From contig NW_027590164.1 in NCBI RefSeq assembly GCF_964213995.1, forward strand, positions 496,001-560,000: a stretch of 64,000 nt of DNA. The letters run 5' to 3'. Position numbers and translations under genes: made by a program. Shown here piece by piece: positions 60,035 through 64,000 of this stretch. The DNA comes from Mustelus asterias. Taxonomy: Eukaryota. The notes beneath the pieces are model-generated. The model did no database searches, was not told the DNA's origin, and saw only the letters and a program-made list of their open reading frames with translations. Numbering within the stretch: position 1 is the first letter of the stretch; each line of letters opens with the position of its first letter.

Positions 60035-63000
60035 CATAGAAACCCTACAGTGCAGAAGGAGGCCATTCGGCCCATCGAGTCTGCACCGACCACAATCCCA
60101 CTCAGGCCCTACCCCCACATATTTTACCCGATAATCCCTCTAACCTCCGCATCCCAGGACTCTAAGGGGCAATTTTTAACCTGGCCAATCAACCTAACCC
60201 GCACATCTTTGGATCTGAATCCATGTCCATCCATTGCTCAGTTTTACCTCTGCCCTCCCTGATCACCTTTCTGTCATTGTCTAACTTCCCTCTGTCTCTA
60301 ATGCTGGGTGTGTTTTAACTGTGTTTAATATTTTACTGTTAGATTGTCTAAATGAAGTTTCAACTGTTGTCCCTCCCCCGACTATGTATTGATGGTGATA
60401 TTTGAATGCAGTCAAAAAATCTAGAATTTAAAGTCTACTGATGACCATGAAACCATTGTCGATTGTTGTAAAAAACCTATCTGGTTCACTAATGTCCTTT
60501 CGGGAAGAAGATCTGCTGTCCTTACCTGGCCTGGCCTACATGTGACTCCAGATTTTCAGCAATGTGGTTGACTCTTATCTGTCTTCTGAAATGGCTGAGC
60601 AAGCCACTCAGTCCAAGGGCAATTAGGGATGGGCAATAAATGCTGGCTCGTCCTTCTTCTGTGAATGACTTTTTAAAAAAATTACTAGCTTTATCTTCCC
60701 ACAGCATAGAATCATGGAATACCTACAGTGCAGAAGGAGGCCATTCAGCCCATCAAGCTTGCACCAACAATAATCCCACCCAGGCCCTATCCCCATAACC
60801 TCACATATTTACCCTGCTAACCCCTCTGACAGTAATGGGCAATTTAGCTTGACCAATCCATCTAACCTGCACATTTTTGGAGTGTGGGAGGAAACCGGAG
60901 CACCCGGAGGAAACCCATGCCAGCACAGGGAGAAGGTGCAAACAGCACACTGACAGTCACCCAAGGCTGGAATTCAACCCGGGTCCCTGGTGCTGTGAGG
61001 CAGCAGTGCTAACCACTGTGCCACCGTGCATCTTTCAGCATCAGGACGTTTTTTTTTCCTGTAGTCAATTTCTCTTCCACTTCTGAGCTGATTGACCATC
61101 AAATCCTGCACCATTTTTATTCTCCAAATTTCATTCTGCAGTACCTTCCTGAATTGTTCATTCTGTCTCTTTCTCTCGCCACAGGCAGTACCCGGCCTGC
61201 TGAGTTAACAATTAACAATCAGCCATGGTCGGAAATATTTGGGCAGATATCTAAAAGCTTGGTCAAAGAGGTAGATTTTAAAGAGGAAAGGGAGGTGGAC
61301 AGCTGTAGAGAGCGAGGAGACCAGAATTAGAGGAGTGGCGATTTGTCAGCATTGTGCATCTGGAGGAGATTATAGAGATCATGAGAGTCAAGGCCATGAA
61401 GAGATTTGAAAAATCATTTCAACAATTAAGGTGGTGTCTTAACCAGAAGCTTGTGAGGGTAAGATGAGGGTTTCAGTGGACAATGAGATGAGGCAAAGGT
61501 GAAGTTTGATGATACTCTGACCAAAATAGGATTCTAATGATGACATGGAAATGTGGTCAGAAACTCATCTTGGGGTCCAATATGAGGGAAGGTGGTGGTG
61601 TTATTATTCATTCATGGGATGTGGTCATTGCTGGCTGACCAGCATTTATTGCCCATCCCTAATTGCCTGAGGGCAGTTGAGAGTCAAGCACATAGCTGTA
61701 GCTCTGGAGTCATGGGTAGGCCAGACGGAGTAAGGATGGCAGATTTCCAAACAGGTTTTTACAACAATGGTTACATGGTCATCGGTAGATTCTTAATTCC
61801 AGCTAATTTTTTGTTTATTGAATTCAAATTCCATCACTTTCCGTGGTGGGATTCGAACCCGGGCCTCCAGAACGTTGGCTGAGTTTCTGGATTGATAGTC
61901 TAGTGACAATACCACTTGGCCATCAACTCCCCGTAATGGTATTGTCGCTGGACTAGGAGCCCAGAGACCCAGGCCAAGATCTGGGGGCCATTTGAATTCA
62001 ATAAAAATAAAATTTAAAAAGGCTAATGACAATTGTCGTAGCAACCCATCTTCGTTCACTGATATCCTTTAGGGAAGGAAATCTGCCATCCTTATTTGGC
62101 AATATGGTTAGGGATGGACAATAATCATTGGCAATGCTCACATCCCATTAATTAAAAAAAACACACAATGATACAGATTGGTTCTGCCACAGTTGTCAGG
62201 AAGAGTCAGCAGCCAGGAATTGGACAATGTCTTCAGATTTCCCAGTTTATTATTGGAGGACTGGTGTCAGACAAATTAAACATCAGGCTGATGTGCAGGG
62301 CAACTTGGAGGTGATGTTCACATATAGCTGCTTACCCTAGTCATTCTAGACTGTGGAGATTGAGGGTTTGGGATATTCTGTCACTGTTCCTGTCAAGTTG
62401 TACATATAAAAAATCTCTACTTCGCTCTGCCTCTCTCACCTCTTTCTCTCTCATCCCATTGCTGTGGCAAGTTTCCTGCCCTCATGTTGGTTCCATAAAC
62501 CAGCAGATCCATTCCGTTCAATTTTACAAACTGCCTTTGTGATCTTGTGGGTTTTCTCATTCTCTCTTTTTTTCTGTTTTAAATCTCTCAGAATATTTGA
62601 AGAGAAGGATTTGCAGCCGGGACATTCAAACCCACAGCAGAATCTGACAGAATTACCCAATTTATCGTAACCCGACTATCATTTTACTTTGAACATGGAT
62701 GAAAAAAGCACCATTCACAGTGGAGAGAAACCGTTTATGTGTGCTGTGTGTGGACAGGGCTACAGTCGATCATCTGGCCTGTCGAAACACAAACGCAGTC
62801 ACACTGGAAAGAAGTTGTGTAAATGTGGGTCTGTGGGAAGGAATTTAATTTCCCATCTGAGCTGGAAATGCAGTGACGCTGTCACACCGGGGAAAAGCTG
62901 TTTAACTGTTCCGAGTGTGGGAAGGGATTTAATCGCAACGCGCATCTGCACCAACACCAGCGCGTTCACACGAGGGAGAGACCATTCACTTGCTCAGTGT

Positions 63001-64000
63001 GTGAGAAGGGATTTACTAGTTCATCTATCCTGCTGAGACACAAGCAGGTTCATACAGACGAAAGACCTTTCAAATGCGCAGAGTGCGGGAAATGCTTTAA
63101 TAGTTCGAGGGAACTGATGAGCCATCGGGGCGGCACGGTAGCACAGTGGTTAGCACTGCTGCTTCACAGCTCCAGGGTCCCGGGTTCGATTCCCGGCTCG
63201 GGTCACTGTCTGTGTGGAGTTTGCACATTCTCCTCGTGTCTGCGTGGGTTTCCTCCGGGTGCTCCGGTTTCCTCCCACAGTCCAAAGATGTGCAGGTTAG
63301 GTTGATTGGCCAGGTTAAAAATTGCCCCTTAGAGTCCTGAGATGCGTAGGTTAGAGGGATTAGCGGGTAAAAATATATGTGTGGGGGTAGGGCCTGGGTG
63401 GGATTGTGGTCGGTGCAGACTCGATGGGCTGAATGGCCTCCTTCTGCACTGTAGGGTTTCTATGATTCTATGAACTCATTCACTCTGATGAAAGACCGTT
63501 CAGGTGCTCTCACTGTGAGGCTGGGTTCAAGCATTCGTATCAACCCTCTCTCCACCAGCGCACTCACACTGGGGAGAGGCCGTACACCTGCTCCCAGTGT
63601 GGGAAGAAGTTCACTCAGCCATCCCATCTTCGGTTACACGAACGGGTTCACTCTGGGGAGAAACCATTCACTTGCACTGTCTGTAAGAAGAAATTTGCTC
63701 ATTCATCCCATATGTTGAAACACCAGCGAGGTCACAAGTAATTGCAATGATTGGATATTGTTAATCACGCCCAGGATTGAACTGTGTTCATTTGGGGTCT
63801 GTTTTTGCTGATGTTACTAACCTCCAGTCCAGTTATACAAGTGCTAATCTTCTGGCTAAAAGTCAAATAAACTGGCTTTGTGTTAAACAATGTGAGTCGC
63901 TTGAATATCAGACGCAAGTTAATTCCTTCTGAAGGATTCTCCGTCTTTCTATCTGCTCCATCCTCACCTCCAAGTGAGAGGAACTCATGGATCTTCTTTG
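60035..64000 (+). repeat. Segmental duplication, copy 2 (of 618-4588; runs off the window end)
   Basis: Same SINE insertions, ZNF pseudogene lesions and flanks as copy 1. Confidence 0.97.
62695..63741 (+). pseudogene. C2H2 zinc-finger pseudogene, duplicate copy with a SINE at 63127-63472
   Basis: Same frameshift, stop and SINE insertion as 3283-4329. Confidence 0.88.

Overview
Eukaryotic, repeat-rich vertebrate DNA, most likely a shark or other elasmobranch. The evidence is dense HE1/V-SINE-type SINEs with (TTCTATGA)n tails, CR1/HER1-type LINEs, and Penelope-like terminal repeats. The window has three blocks. (1) About 1-31 kb: a KRAB-less C2H2 zinc-finger gene cluster with one pseudogene, two intact convergent paralogues (7 and 10 fingers), CpG-rich promoters and a GC-rich VNTR. 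(2) About 31-59.9 kb: T-cell receptor alpha/delta-type V segments with leader exons and 23-bp-spacer RSSs, in mixed orientation. One looks intact, the rest are pseudogenes, and I saw no D, J or C. The block also holds a near full-length CR1 with an esterase ORF1, a 2.8-kb hAT transposon and a near-identical 1.4-kb inverted duplication of a V pair. (3) 60.0-64 kb: a ~99% identical direct copy of 618-4588, so the TCR-V block lies inside the ZNF array. Other notable signals are minimal hammerhead ribozyme motifs in the Penelope-like repeats (including a U3-A8 core variant and palindromic pairs), CTCF-like motifs 187-188 bp upstream of three V leader ATGs, a chimeric V gene at the inverted-duplication breakpoint, and a conserved acidic 'PSELE' N-terminal finger. 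Coordinates were read by eye, so repeat boundaries are approximate.
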